Assembly (NCBI GenBank): GCA_965225945.1
Contig: CBDDBZ010000037.1
Location: forward strand, 192,001 to 256,000
From: Alphaproteobacteria bacterium
Lineage (GTDB): Bacteria > Pseudomonadota > Alphaproteobacteria > GCA-2731375
Direction: 5' to 3'
Length of the DNA: 64,000 nt
The notes beneath the pieces were generated by a model, which searched no databases, had not been told where the DNA came from, and saw only the letters and a list, made by a program, of their open reading frames with translations. Position numbers and translations under genes: made by a program. Positions 1 to 10,182 of this stretch are shown piece by piece; position 1 is the stretch's first letter; the number at the start of each line of letters is the position of its first letter.

Positions 1-1175
1 ATTTCAAGAGCGTCAACGATAGCCTGGGGCATGCCGTCGGCGACGACCTGCTGAAGGCGGTCGCCCGCCGGCTCGCCGAGTGCGTGCGCGGCCAGGATAC
101 CGTGGCGCGCCTCGGCGGCGACGAATTCGCCATCATTCAGGTCGGCCTCAACTATCCCGCCGACGCCTATCTCCAGGCCCAACGGATCCTCGAAGCGCTC
201 GTCGATCCGTTCGAGATCGGCACTCACAAGCTCTTCAGCAGCACCTCCATCGGCATCACCGTGGCGCCGGGCGACGCCGACACCGCCGAGCAATTGCAGC
301 GCAACGCCGATCTCGCGATGTATCAGGCGAAGGAGGAGCAGCGAAATACCTTCCGCTTCTTCGATGCGGAACTGAACGCCGCCGTGCAGCGCCGGTTGTT
401 CCTGGAGCAGGAGTTGCGAACCGCTCTCACCGACGACCAGTTCCTGGTCTACTACCAGCCCAAGGTGAAGCTCAAGGAGCGGACGCTGGCCGGCGCGGAG
501 GCGCTGATCCGCTGGAAGCATCCCGAGAAGGGCATGGTCTCGCCGGCCGAATTCATTCCGGTCGCCGAGCGGACCGGCACGATCAGCGCAATCGGCGAAT
601 GGATGCTCTACCAATCCTGCAAGCAGTTCAAGCAGTGGCAGATCGAGGGCAAGGCACCGCTGGTCGTCGCCGTCAACCTCTCGCCGGTGCAGTTCAGGGA
701 GCGCGACATTCCCGCCACGGTGCGCGAGGTGCTGGCCGAAACCAAGCTCTTTCCCAGCTGCCTGGAGTTGGAGATCACCGAGACCGCGGTGATGAACGAC
801 ATGCGCGGTGCGGTCGACGTGCTGGTCGACCTGCACGCGATCGGCGTCAATCTCTCGATCGACGACTTCGGCACCGGCTATTCCTCGCTCAGCTATCTGC
901 GGCAGTTGCCGGTCAACAAGATCAAGATCGATCGCTCCTTCACCGTCGAGGTCGATCGCTTCGAGGCGGCCGCGGCCATCGCCCGCGCCGTGGTCATGCT
1001 CGGCAAGAGCCTCAATCTCTCCGTGGTGGCCGAAGGCATCGAGAACGAAGAGCAGCTCCGCTTTCTGGTCGAGCTCGACTGCGAGGAAGGCCAGGGCGCC
1101 CTCTTCAACATGCCGCTGCCGCCGGCCGAATACGCCGCCTACGCCCGGACCTTGGGGTACGACCTCACGGTCTGA
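1..1175 (+). CDS. GGDEF-EAL diguanylate cyclase/phosphodiesterase (5' partial)
   Basis: Frame open from window start (FKSVNDSLGHAVGD); RLGGDEF, EALIRW, IDDFGTGYSSL, VVAEGIE motifs. Confidence 0.95.
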   Translation, partial: FKSVNDSLGHAVGDDLLKAVARRLAECVRGQDTVARLGGDEFAIIQVGLNYPADAYLQAQRILEALVDPFEIGTHKLFSSTSIGITVAPGDADTAEQLQRNADLAMYQAKEEQRNTFRFFDAELNAAVQRRLFLEQELRTALTDDQFLVYYQPKVKLKERTLAGAEALIRWKHPEKGMVSPAEFIPVAERTGTISAIGEWMLYQSCKQFKQWQIEGKAPLVVAVNLSPVQFRERDIPATVREVLAETKLFPSCLELEITETAVMNDMRGAVDVLVDLHAIGVNLSIDDFGTGYSSLSYLRQLPVNKIKIDRSFTVEVDRFEAAAAIARAVVMLGKSLNLSVVAEGIENEEQLRFLVELDCEEGQGALFNMPLPPAEYAAYARTLGYDLTV

Positions 1176-1560
1176 GTGGCTGACCGATAAACTCGCCATT
1201 TTTTTGATCGCCGCTCGCGCGGCGCGCCGGGCCTCCCGCTCCCCCGCCCAACCACCCAGGAGCAGGAGGCCCGACGCGCCGCCTGGCCCGGCCGGCCCGC
1301 TCGGGTGGATGGGCGGGGGAGCGGGCAGGCCGGGCCATGCCGCGCCGAAGGCGTGGCGACAAAGAACCCGTTGGTCGGGTGGCGCCGGCTTCGGGGACTT
1401 TCAATTAGGACGCCGAGCGGCGGCCGCCATCCACCACCCGGTCTACGACAGCGGCGCGGGCGGCGGCCTTGCGCCCCAGGGCGTGAGAGGATAGAGCATG
1501 GCCGGCGGCGGATCGGCTTGGCCCTCCTCGGGACGCGGCCGATATCGGGGAGAGGGTGAC

Positions 1561-1875
1561 ATGGCTTGGCACGAGGTCGCGCGGATCGATCAGTTGGACG
1601 ACGACGAGGTGCTCGGCGTCGAGGCGGCGGGAATTCCGGTCGCGGTTTATAAGCTCGACGGCGAATATTTCGCGACCAACGACATTTGCACACACGAGCA
1701 TGCCAAGCTCTCCGACGGCTATGTCGAGGACGGTTGCATCGAATGCCCGCTACACATGGGCATGTTCGAGATCGCCACCGGCAAGGCCATGGGCGCCCCG
1801 GTCGAGGTCGACATCGCCACCTATCCGGTCAAGCTGGAGGATGGGGCCATTCTGGTCGACCTGCCGGAGAATTAG
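1561..1875 (+). CDS. Rieske [2Fe-2S] ferredoxin (dioxygenase ferredoxin type)
   Basis: CTHEH...ECPLH Rieske ligands; ATG at 1561 after GAGAGGG. Confidence 0.92.
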   Translation: MAWHEVARIDQLDDDEVLGVEAAGIPVAVYKLDGEYFATNDICTHEHAKLSDGYVEDGCIECPLHMGMFEIATGKAMGAPVEVDIATYPVKLEDGAILVDLPEN

Positions 1876-1942
1876 TGGATAGAATCCACTAGACGCCGCG
1901 CCGCCGCGCCGGAGGCACGCACCAGACCAGGGGAGAGGCGCC

Positions 1943-3109
1943 ATGAGCCAGTCCGGGGCCCTCGCGGGCATCACCGTGATCGACATGACCCGCGTGCTCG
2001 CGGGTCCCTTCTGCACCCTGATGCTGGCCGAACTCGGCGCCCGGGTGATCAAGGTGGAGACGCCGGGCAGCGGCGACGACGCCCGCGCTTACGGCCCCTT
2101 CATCAACGGCAAGTCGGTCTATTTCGTCTCGGTGAATCGGGGCAAGGAATCGATCGCTCTCGACCTCAAGGACGAAGGCGATCGGGAGATCTTCGAGAAG
2201 CTGCTGGCCAAGGCCGACGTGGTCGTCGAGAACTACCGTCCCGGCACGATGGAGAAACTGGGCTACGGTTGGGAGGACCTGCACCGACGCCATCCCCGGC
2301 TGATCTACGCCGCCTGCTCCGGCTTCGGCCACACCGGCCCGCACAGCCGACGCCCCGCCTACGACATGGTGGTGCAGGCGATGGGCGGGATCATGAGCAT
2401 CACCGGTCAGCCCGGCGCGCCCCCGACCCGCGTCGGCATGTCGATCGGCGACATCGCCGCCGGCCTCTTCACGGCGATCGGGGTCAACGCCGCGCTCTAT
2501 GATCGCCAGATGACGGGCGAGGCGCGGAAGATCGACGTCGCCATGCTGGATTGCCAGCTCTCTCTCTGCGAGAACGCGATGGTGCGCTACAGCGCCACCG
2601 GCGAGGTACCGGGACCGCTCGGCGCCCGACATCCCTCGATCACGCCCTTCGAAGTGTTTCCCACCGCCGACGGCCACGTCATCATCGCCGCCGGCAACGA
2701 CGTCATGTACCGGCGGCTCTGCGAGGCGATTCTGCGGCCGGACCTGGCCGAGGATGCGCGCTACCAGACCAACCCGCTTCGCAACGAGCACCATGACGTG
2801 TTGATCGGCGAGCTGAACGCGGTGCTGGAACGGCGCGACACCGATCATTGGCTCGCCCTTCTCGACGCCGCCGGCGTGCCGGCGAGCGCGATCAACGACA
2901 TGGCGCGGGTCGCCGCCCATCCGCAGGTCGAGCCCCGTAACATGCTGGTCGAGGTTCCGGACGAGACCACGGGTACGCTCCGTGTCGCGGGCAATCCGAT
3001 AAAGCTTTCCGGTTACGAGGATCCGGCGACGCGGCAAAGCGCGCCGGATCTCGATCGCGACCGGGCCCGGATCCTGGAGGAGCTCGGGATCGCCCAGGCG
3101 GCCGAGTAG
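1943..3109 (+). CDS. CaiB/BaiF family III CoA-transferase
   Basis: DMTRVLAGP, VIKVE, NRGKES, DVVVENYRPG motifs. Confidence 0.95.
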   Translation: MSQSGALAGITVIDMTRVLAGPFCTLMLAELGARVIKVETPGSGDDARAYGPFINGKSVYFVSVNRGKESIALDLKDEGDREIFEKLLAKADVVVENYRPGTMEKLGYGWEDLHRRHPRLIYAACSGFGHTGPHSRRPAYDMVVQAMGGIMSITGQPGAPPTRVGMSIGDIAAGLFTAIGVNAALYDRQMTGEARKIDVAMLDCQLSLCENAMVRYSATGEVPGPLGARHPSITPFEVFPTADGHVIIAAGNDVMYRRLCEAILRPDLAEDARYQTNPLRNEHHDVLIGELNAVLERRDTDHWLALLDAAGVPASAINDMARVAAHPQVEPRNMLVEVPDETTGTLRVAGNPIKLSGYEDPATRQSAPDLDRDRARILEELGIAQAAE

Positions 3110-3181
3110 GCGTTCCGTCGGGGCTTCGGCCGGCCACCGAGCATGTAGCATGCAGCCGATGCGAGAGGGGAGGGGAATGGC

Positions 3182-3904
3182 ATGGGCTTGAGTGATTTCA
3201 AGGTCCTGACCTTCGATTGCTACGGCACCCTGATCGATTGGGAAAGCGGCATGGCGGCGGCGCTCGCCCCCCTGGTCGAGCGCTCGGCCCGGAGCCTGAC
3301 GCGGAACCAGATCCTGGAGGCGCATTCGCGCCACGAAGCGGCCCAGCAGGGCCAGACGCCGGGGATGCGCTACCGCGATCTGCTGGCCATCGTGCACAAG
3401 CGCCTGGCCGAGGAGTGGGGCGTGGCCGCGCGCTGGGAGGAGAGTGCGGCCTACGGCCGCTCCGTCGCCGATTGGCCGGCCTTCGGCGATACCGCCGATG
3501 CGCTCGCCTACTTGAAACGGCACTATAAGCTGGTGGTTCTTTCCAACGTCGACAACCGGAGCTTCGCCGCCAGCAACGCCCGGCTCGGTGTCGAATTCGA
3601 TGCGATCTACACCGCCGAGGACGTGGGCGCCTACAAGCCCTCGGACCGCAACTTCACCTACATGTTGGAAAAGCTCCACGGCCTCGGCATCGACAAGTCC
3701 GACATCCTGCACACGGCCGAGAGCCTCTATCACGATCATGTGCCGGCCAATCGCTTCGCGCTCGCCTCCTGCTGGATCCATCGCCGCCACGAGCAGGACG
3801 GCTTCGGCGCGACGGCGGACCCCGGTGGCGTCCCGCGCCACGATTTCCGCTTCGCCTCGATGGCCGAGATGGTCGAGGCGCACCGCCGCGAGGTCGGCGG
3901 CTGA
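3182..3904 (+). CDS. HAD-family haloacid dehalogenase type II-like hydrolase
   Basis: TFDCYGTLIDW motif I, LSNVD, YKP, HDH. Confidence 0.92.
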   Translation: MGLSDFKVLTFDCYGTLIDWESGMAAALAPLVERSARSLTRNQILEAHSRHEAAQQGQTPGMRYRDLLAIVHKRLAEEWGVAARWEESAAYGRSVADWPAFGDTADALAYLKRHYKLVVLSNVDNRSFAASNARLGVEFDAIYTAEDVGAYKPSDRNFTYMLEKLHGLGIDKSDILHTAESLYHDHVPANRFALASCWIHRRHEQDGFGATADPGGVPRHDFRFASMAEMVEAHRREVGG

Positions 3905-3943
3905 GCGCAGGCGCCGTCCCGGCGCTCGCCCGAGGCGGGATCG

Positions 3944-5068
3944 TTACGAGGTTTTGCCGCTCAGCCGGTCCAGTCGATCCCGCCTGAGGCGCGACAGGAA
4001 TCGCGTGTCGATGCCGGCGTTCACCGCCAGGCCCCGGTCCCGCTTGTACGTCACGATCGCCTTGCGGGTACGCGGTCCCATCAGGCCGTCGATCGGGCCC
4101 GGATCATGGCCCAGCCGGCGAAGCGCGAATTGCACGAAACGCAGTGTCGGCACGTCGCTTGTCGCCATGCCCGAGGCGGTCTCGTTCTTACGCGCGTCGG
4201 CGGCGCGTCGCGCCCGCTCGAGTGCCGCCGCCGTCAGCTTGCCGGCGATCGCGTCGCGGAGTTTCTTGGCGCCCGCATGGCCGCCGCGCGCGGCGCTCTC
4301 CAGCCAGAAGAAGGCTTGTTCCTCATCCCTAGGTAGGCCGAGCCCGCCGCCCCATGCAACGCCCATCATGAATTGCGCCGGGGCATAGCCAGCCCGCGCC
4401 CCCTTGGCGTACCAGCGGGCCGCCCAGGCGCGGTCCTTGGCCGTGCCGAGGCCGCGCGAATGGGCCAGACCCAGATCGTGCATCGCCTCGACATGGTTCT
4501 GTCCGGCGGCGGCGGCGAGCCATTCGAGCCCCTCCGCCTCGTCGCGGAGCGTGCCGTGCCCGCGCATCCGCGCCCGGCCGAGCCGGTATTGCGCGCCGGC
4601 GTGACCCTGCTCCGCCGCGCGCTCGAACCAGGCGGCGGCGCGGACCGCGCTCTTCTCCATGCCGACGCCGTTCAGATGCATCAGGCCCAGGAAGAATTGC
4701 GCCTCCAAATGTCCCGCTTCGGCGGCGCGGCGGAACCAGCGGCCGGCGGCGACGTCGTCGCGTGGCGCGCCGGCGCCGACCTTGTGGGCGAGACCGACGA
4801 GAAACCGTGCCTCGACGTGACCGGCCTCGGCCGCGCGGCGAAAGTGCGCCGTCGCCCGGACGTCGTCGCGCGGCACTCCGTCGCCGTTCTTGTAGCGAAG
4901 CCCCTCGCGATAGGCCTGTTCGGCGGGATCGACCGGTTGCCTCGCCGCCGCTTGGGCCGGTTCGGCATCGGAGGAGGTTCTCCGCGCGCCCTCGTTGCCG
5001 GTGACGCAGGCCGCGAGCCAGAGCGATGTAAGCAGGGAAAGTAGCCGGACCGGCGGGCGCGCTGTCAT
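3944..5068 (-). CDS. Sel1-repeat lipoprotein with C-terminal peptidoglycan-binding domain
   Basis: Lipobox-like LWLAAC; repeated W(F/Y)xxAAxxGHxxA Sel1 units; LGHDPGPIDGLMGPRTRKAI PG_binding_1 motif; start chosen at MTARPP. Confidence 0.88.
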   Translation of the reverse strand: MTARPPVRLLSLLTSLWLAACVTGNEGARRTSSDAEPAQAAARQPVDPAEQAYREGLRYKNGDGVPRDDVRATAHFRRAAEAGHVEARFLVGLAHKVGAGAPRDDVAAGRWFRRAAEAGHLEAQFFLGLMHLNGVGMEKSAVRAAAWFERAAEQGHAGAQYRLGRARMRGHGTLRDEAEGLEWLAAAAGQNHVEAMHDLGLAHSRGLGTAKDRAWAARWYAKGARAGYAPAQFMMGVAWGGGLGLPRDEEQAFFWLESAARGGHAGAKKLRDAIAGKLTAAALERARRAADARKNETASGMATSDVPTLRFVQFALRRLGHDPGPIDGLMGPRTRKAIVTYKRDRGLAVNAGIDTRFLSRLRRDRLDRLSGKTS

Positions 5069-5081
5069 GGCCGGATCATGC

Positions 5082-5462
5082 TCAGACGTTCCGGTAATAG
5101 TTGAAGGAGACCGAGGCGTCACTGTGGTCGTTGCCCCGCTCGCGCACGCAGATCCGTTTGATCAGGTGAAGCTCGGTATAGTCGCCGCTTTCCTCGTAGG
5201 GGTATTCGTCCCAGTTCTTGCCACGGTCCTTGGTCACCAGGATCTTGACCCGGGCGACGATCTCACTGGGATCGTCGCCCTCGAAGAACAGGTCGTCCGC
5301 GCCGATGATCTTGCCGCGCCGGTCGTTGCCGTACCATTTGCGGACCTTCACGATTTTGCCGTCGTCGACGAAGGTGAGCTTGATGGAGTGCATGAAACGG
5401 CTGGCCACGCCGCAAAAGGTCACGATCGGCGTGTTCTTCGGCAAGGTGATGGTCGTGCTCAT
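5082..5462 (-). CDS. hypothetical protein (126 aa)
   Basis: Protein-like composition, GC3-biased codons, GGGAAG before ATG; no motif recognised. Confidence 0.65.
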   Translation of the reverse strand: MSTTITLPKNTPIVTFCGVASRFMHSIKLTFVDDGKIVKVRKWYGNDRRGKIIGADDLFFEGDDPSEIVARVKILVTKDRGKNWDEYPYEESGDYTELHLIKRICVRERGNDHSDASVSFNYYRNV

Positions 5463-5532
5463 GCTTCCCGGCTCCCGATCGCTCGCGTCATGCCAGCAGC
5501 CCCGACGGGCGCCATCCCGTGCCGCTGCGCGG

Positions 5533-5847
5533 TCATGGAATTTCCAACTGCAGGCCGATCGATCCCGCGTAGATGATCATGGACTTCTCGGCCTTTTGCG
5601 GAACCGGGATGTTGTAGGCGCGGCAATGCGCGATCAGCGCCGCGATGACCTCGTCCTCGCTCAGCGAGAGGGCGATGCCGTCGCCGTCCTTGGCCAGCAC
5701 CTGGATGGAGATGCCGGATTCATTGCTGATCGAGAGACGGCCCATCTCGTCCGGATCGCCGGCTTCCCGCGCTCCCGGGTGGTGGACGGCAATCGCGTCC
5801 TTGATGTCGGCGTTGTCGAAGACGATGGTACGCGTTTCGCTCGGCAT
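5533..5847 (-). CDS. hypothetical protein (104 aa)
   Basis: GGGGAG RBS; protein-like composition; no motif recognised. Confidence 0.65.
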   Translation of the reverse strand: MPSETRTIVFDNADIKDAIAVHHPGAREAGDPDEMGRLSISNESGISIQVLAKDGDGIALSLSEDEVIAALIAHCRAYNIPVPQKAEKSMIIYAGSIGLQLEIP

Positions 5848-6008
5848 GACGTGTGCTCCCCGCTGCCCATGGCCGCGTCGCGGGGAGTGTAACAGTGTTA
5901 GCGGTGGTTCCAGGGTGCGCTTATATGGTGCTCTTTTTGAGCGGTCGGTGGCGGTTGGCTGACGGGATGCTTTTGGGCTTGGCTGATTTTGTTTCGCGCT
6001 GTGGCTAT

Positions 6009-6905
6009 TCAGTCGAGGGGCCGGTCATCGATCTGGAGCGGTTCGCCGGCGCGGTCGCGCATGAGCATGTCGTTCCAGTCCAGGCCGTCGAGGGCAGGGC
6101 GCAGGCGGACGACCCTGCTGTCGTTTCGGATGAGCCGTGCCGCGGCGTCATCGCCCTGGCGGGTGGCGTCGTAGGCGCAGAAGATCCGGCCGGGGTTCCA
6201 GGCCTCGATCCATTCGGGGAGGCTTGCGGTGGCGCCGCCGGTTGAGACCACGGCGCATCCCTTGCGCCCGGCCGGGACGAGGTGGAGGGAGAGGACCGAC
6301 AGGGCGTCGATTGCGTTCTTGGCGAGGATGACGGAGTTCGGCCAGTCGGGTTCCCACGACATCCAGAAGCCGCCGCGCGCGGCGGCGCCGGTCGGCGCGA
6401 GGCGGCGTGGCGCCGCGGCAGGGACGATCTCGGCGCCGAGAGCCTCGCCGGCCGCGTTTCGGCGGACGAACACGGCGTTGCCGTGGCGGTCGGCGTAGAG
6501 CAAGCCGAGGTCGCGGCACAGGGCGACGAGCACATCCGCGAGGCCGCGCTGCTCGACGAGGTAGCTCTGGATGGCGGGCCAGTGGCGGTCCGGGCACGGC
6601 GGCTTCGGGTGGCGATCGGCCGGGAACCGGTCACGGCACGGCAGTTCCGAGAAGAAGCCGAGGGCCTCGGGCACGGTGCACCGGCAGGCATGGATTACCA
6701 GGTCGATCGCTCCGCCCCCGCCCTCGCCGCGCAGATGTTCGTAGAACATAAAGCCGTTGATGCTGACGACGGATCCGGGACGCCTCCAGCGCGCGGCATC
6801 GGTGGGATCGCGGCGGTAGCCGAGGCGGCGGACGACGTCTTCGAGGGGATAGCCTCGCAGGGCCTCGGCCCGCACCCGCCGGTCCCAGAGGCGGGGACCA
6901 TCCAT
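6009..6905 (-). CDS. DUF3991/TOPRIM-like (primase-like) protein inside the IS21 element
   Basis: GGGGAIDLVIH, YLVEQRGL, YADRHGNAVF, AIDALS, VSTGG, AYDA..G, DWND motifs. Confidence 0.8.
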   Translation of the reverse strand: MDGPRLWDRRVRAEALRGYPLEDVVRRLGYRRDPTDAARWRRPGSVVSINGFMFYEHLRGEGGGGAIDLVIHACRCTVPEALGFFSELPCRDRFPADRHPKPPCPDRHWPAIQSYLVEQRGLADVLVALCRDLGLLYADRHGNAVFVRRNAAGEALGAEIVPAAAPRRLAPTGAAARGGFWMSWEPDWPNSVILAKNAIDALSVLSLHLVPAGRKGCAVVSTGGATASLPEWIEAWNPGRIFCAYDATRQGDDAAARLIRNDSRVVRLRPALDGLDWNDMLMRDRAGEPLQIDDRPLD

Positions 6906-6907
6906 GG

Positions 6908-7696
6908 CTACGCCGGCGGCGGTTCCCCGCGGTCCTGCGCGCCGGCCTTGCCGGCTCGCCGCCGGCGGCGCTCGGCGCTGCGCTGCTTCTGGCGTTCCTC
7001 GGCCTCCTTGCGGCGCCAGGACTCGGCGTCGATGGCGATGATCTCGGCGTTGTGGACGAGGCGGTCGACCAGGGCGACGAGGCAGGCGGCGTTGGGGAAG
7101 GCCTCACCCCACTCGGCGAAGGGCCGGTTGGTGGTGATTATGGTGGAGTTCTGCTGGCTGCGGCTGGAGACGATGTTGAACAGCAGATCGGCATGGCGGT
7201 TGCTGTAGGACAGGTATCCGACCTCGTCGATCACCAGCAGGTGCTGGCGGGCGTAGAAGCGCAGCCTGCGCTGAAGCAGGGTGTCGCTGTCGAGGGCGGC
7301 GAGCTCGCCGAGCATGCTGGCCGCGGTGGCGAAGCGCACGGTGTGGCCCTCGAGGACGGCGCGGTGGGCGATATTGGCGGCGATGGTCGACTTGCCGACG
7401 CCGTTTGGGCCGACCAGGACGACGTTGGCGGCCTCGTTGAGGAACTCGAGGCTCATGAGATCCTCGACGGCCATGCGGTCGCAGCGGCGCGGCCATGCCC
7501 AGTCGAAGTCGGCGAGCGGCTTGAACTGTCCGAGGCGGGCGTCGCCGAGGCGGCGCTTGAGGCTGCGGCTTCGCCGTTCCTCCTCTTCCCAGGCGACCAG
7601 CGCAGCGGGCCAGTCATGCCCGGCGACCTCGCCCCAGTGGGCGGCGAGGCCGTGCAGGCCGAGCGCCCGGGCACGGCCCATGAGGGTATCGTTCAT
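6908..7696 (-). CDS. istB: IS21-family helper ATPase IstB
   Basis: GPNGVGKS Walker [10 protein letters not shown] Walker [15 protein letters not shown]; ATGA overlap with istA. Confidence 0.95.
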   Translation of the reverse strand: MNDTLMGRARALGLHGLAAHWGEVAGHDWPAALVAWEEEERRSRSLKRRLGDARLGQFKPLADFDWAWPRRCDRMAVEDLMSLEFLNEAANVVLVGPNGVGKSTIAANIAHRAVLEGHTVRFATAASMLGELAALDSDTLLQRRLRFYARQHLLVIDEVGYLSYSNRHADLLFNIVSSRSQQNSTIITTNRPFAEWGEAFPNAACLVALVDRLVHNAEIIAIDAESWRRKEAEERQKQRSAERRRRRAGKAGAQDRGEPPPA

Positions 7697-9198
7697 TGCT
7701 CGCTGTCCTCCTCGGGTTCGCCGGCCAGCCCGTCGTATCCGACGAGGTCGTGATCGCGGACAGTGATGTCGCGCACTCTCGGATCGCCGGGCAGTTCGAC
7801 GGGGATGGGCGGGGGTTGGTGCCGCAGCTCGCGCCGCCGGGTCAGGCTCAGGCGCACGGCGTTGGGATGGGGAACGTCCCGCTTCAGGGCCTCGTCGATG
7901 GCCGCCTCGAGCTCGGCGGCGCCGTAGGCGTCGAGGAGGCGCAACAGGGCGGCGACGGTGGCGCCTATATAGCCGCCGCGCTGGGCGGCCTCGGCGAGCA
8001 GGCGCTCGCTGTTGGGCGCGGCCTGGACCAGCCGGTCCTGGCCGCGAAGGCGGCGGGCATGGCTCTTGCGCCTGACCAGCTCGGCGATGTGCTCGGGGTT
8101 CTCGATGCGGGCCGCCTTGTCGAAGCTGCGCGGATGGCTGGCGATGACGTCCACACCGTCGAGGATGCGCACCTCGTCGAGCGTCGCGACCACGACGAGG
8201 GTGCGCCGCACATGGGTGTGCGGCACGCTGTAATCGTTGAGATCGAAGCGGGCGTAGGGGGTCTTGCCGATGGCGACCTCGACCCGGTCGTGGTCGGGGA
8301 AGGGATCGCCGGGCAGCGCGATGAGAGAGCCGCGTTCCCGCTCGAAGGCCTCGCGCACGGTGATCGAGCGGTCTTCGGGCCAGGGGCGGTCGGCGGCGAT
8401 GCCGTGGCACCAGGCCAGGGCCTGGGCGTTGAGATCGTCGATATCGCGCCACCGGCGGGCGGCGAAGAAGCTGGTCCGGACATAGCGAATCGCCCGCTCC
8501 ACGCGCCCCTTCTCGTTGCCGCGCGCGACCGCGACGGGCTTGGGCAGGAAGTGGTAGTGGCCGGCGAGGTCGAGGATCCGGGGATTGAACCGGATGGCGG
8601 CGCCGCGGCGCTCCAGCACGACGCTCTTCAGGTTGTCGTACCAGAGCTCGCGGGGCACGCCCTGCCACGCCTCGAAGGCTTCGACATGGCCGCGCAGGAA
8701 GTTGCTCATCCCGGCGTCGAGGTAGAAGCGCAGGAAGATCCGCCGCGAGTAGCTGAGAACCATCACGAAGCCCATCAGGCGGCGCTCCGCGCGGCCGATC
8801 GTCACCTTGCCGAAGTGTCCCCAGTCGACCTGGGCCTGCTCGCCGGGAAGGGTCTTGAGGCGCAGATAGGCCTCGGCCACGGGCCTGGGCCTGAAGTGGC
8901 TGAGCAGATGACGGAAGTGGTCGCCGCCGCCCGGATAGCCGCGTTCGCGCACCATCTGGTAGAGCCGGCTGGCGGGCAGCGTCGGCCAGGATGCCAGCGT
9001 CTCGGCGATGAACGGCACGTATGGATCGATCATCGACGGCCTGGGCGACCTCGCGTCCCGGGGCTCGCCGGCCGCGGTGAGGAGGCGCTCGACGGTGTAG
9101 CGATGCACGCCGAGCTGGCGTGTGATCGTGCCGACCGTCCACTTCTCGACGTGATACAGGCGCAGGATCTCCGCGCGGGTCTCCTTGTCGATGGTCAT
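7693..9198 (-). CDS. istA: IS21-family transposase IstA
   Basis: [28 protein letters not shown] motifs. Confidence 0.95.
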   Translation of the reverse strand: MTIDKETRAEILRLYHVEKWTVGTITRQLGVHRYTVERLLTAAGEPRDARSPRPSMIDPYVPFIAETLASWPTLPASRLYQMVRERGYPGGGDHFRHLLSHFRPRPVAEAYLRLKTLPGEQAQVDWGHFGKVTIGRAERRLMGFVMVLSYSRRIFLRFYLDAGMSNFLRGHVEAFEAWQGVPRELWYDNLKSVVLERRGAAIRFNPRILDLAGHYHFLPKPVAVARGNEKGRVERAIRYVRTSFFAARRWRDIDDLNAQALAWCHGIAADRPWPEDRSITVREAFERERGSLIALPGDPFPDHDRVEVAIGKTPYARFDLNDYSVPHTHVRRTLVVVATLDEVRILDGVDVIASHPRSFDKAARIENPEHIAELVRRKSHARRLRGQDRLVQAAPNSERLLAEAAQRGGYIGATVAALLRLLDAYGAAELEAAIDEALKRDVPHPNAVRLSLTRRRELRHQPPPIPVELPGDPRVRDITVRDHDLVGYDGLAGEPEEDSEQ

Positions 9199-9635
9199 CT
9201 CACCCCCTTTCCCGTCGGGCGCAGCCCCGGATAGACCGCCTGCCCGCAGAACCGGCCGCAGCGATCGCAGCGGAAGACCCTGGCGGGCCGCTCGTGCCCG
9301 AAGGGCCGTGTTCCGGGACGCCCTGCCGGCGTCCGCACCACAACAGGACGCCGCCGCGCGGCGGTCAAAGGGTGATGCGTCACTTCCTGCCCGCGGCGCC
9401 GATTCACCGGCGTCCGGCGCCGCCGGCGTTCGCGATAGCGCCGCTGGCGCTCAGCATGCTTGTGACGGCCCCGCCGGCTGTTCTGGTAGCGCTGCCCGGC
9501 ATGGCGCTGCGATCGCCGGCGCACCCGATCGCTGCAGCTCCGTGAACAGTAGATGTTGCCGTGGTCGCAGTGCCGGCAGAGAACCACCTGTTGATGGCAC
9601 GAGGCGCAGTTGAACAGGCGGGCGGTGTTCTTCAT
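9195..9635 (-). CDS. Cys-rich, basic putative Zn-binding protein coupled to istA
   Basis: CASC..CRHC...YCSRSC, Arg-rich middle, C-terminal CDRCGRFC; stop overlaps istA start (ATGA). Confidence 0.75.
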   Translation of the reverse strand: MKNTARLFNCASCHQQVVLCRHCDHGNIYCSRSCSDRVRRRSQRHAGQRYQNSRRGRHKHAERQRRYRERRRRRTPVNRRRGQEVTHHPLTAARRRPVVVRTPAGRPGTRPFGHERPARVFRCDRCGRFCGQAVYPGLRPTGKGVR

Positions 9636-10182
9636 CGCGCAGCCGATGAGAACGGGGTGGACCCACGCCCAAACCCGCACGATACTGCGCATATGGGTCG
9701 TGCCTTGCATGGCTCGGGGGGTGCGGTGCCGGTCGTTGCCAGCAAGCAAACGGGGCCGGCGCCGCATCGTTCTCAGCGGCCCGAGTGTACTCCCGCGGCT
9801 CCCCTTGTCAGGTCCGCGGAACCGCCGCCGCCAGCCAGCCAAAACAGGAATCGAGACGCCCGCCCGCGGTGGATAAGCAGCCCGCCGCCGCCAGACTCTT
9901 GGCGGTCGCCGCGGCGGGCTACTTACCCACCGCTGCGCCGAGCCAACTCCCGCCTGCAAACCACGCAGCTACAGCGCCACGATGCCCGATGTCGCTGAAA
10001 TCACCATCTAAGCGCGGTTTTTCATCGCCACCGACAGTAACAGAACCGCTTTTGCTATTCATCGCAAAACCCGGGCCGTCGTGTGTCGCAATGGCACGGG
10101 AATCGCCCGCCGAGGCGATTGCTATGATATCGGAGGGAAATATTCTACCGCCGGTCGGAAACGGCCGGTCGGCATTCCGAAA

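Larger units (their letters stand above)
5896..10036 (-). mobile_element. IS21-family element with two extra genes (4141 bp)
   Basis: Ends TGTTAGCGGTGG..GCGCTTATATGGTG and (rc) TGTCGGTGGCGA..GCGCTTAGATGGTG in register; 7-bp direct repeat GTAACAG at 5889-5895 and 10037-10043. Confidence 0.9.

Noticed and set aside
1889-3883. 664-aa minus-strand ORF, and similar long antisense ORFs (17776-19722, 25279-27393, 41431-43731)
   Set aside because: Shadow frames of well-supported genes in high-GC DNA; no motifs
6908-9142. 744-aa ORF suggesting a long IstB fusion
   Set aside because: N-terminal part is an Arg/Pro-rich alternative frame of istA; IstB starts at 7696
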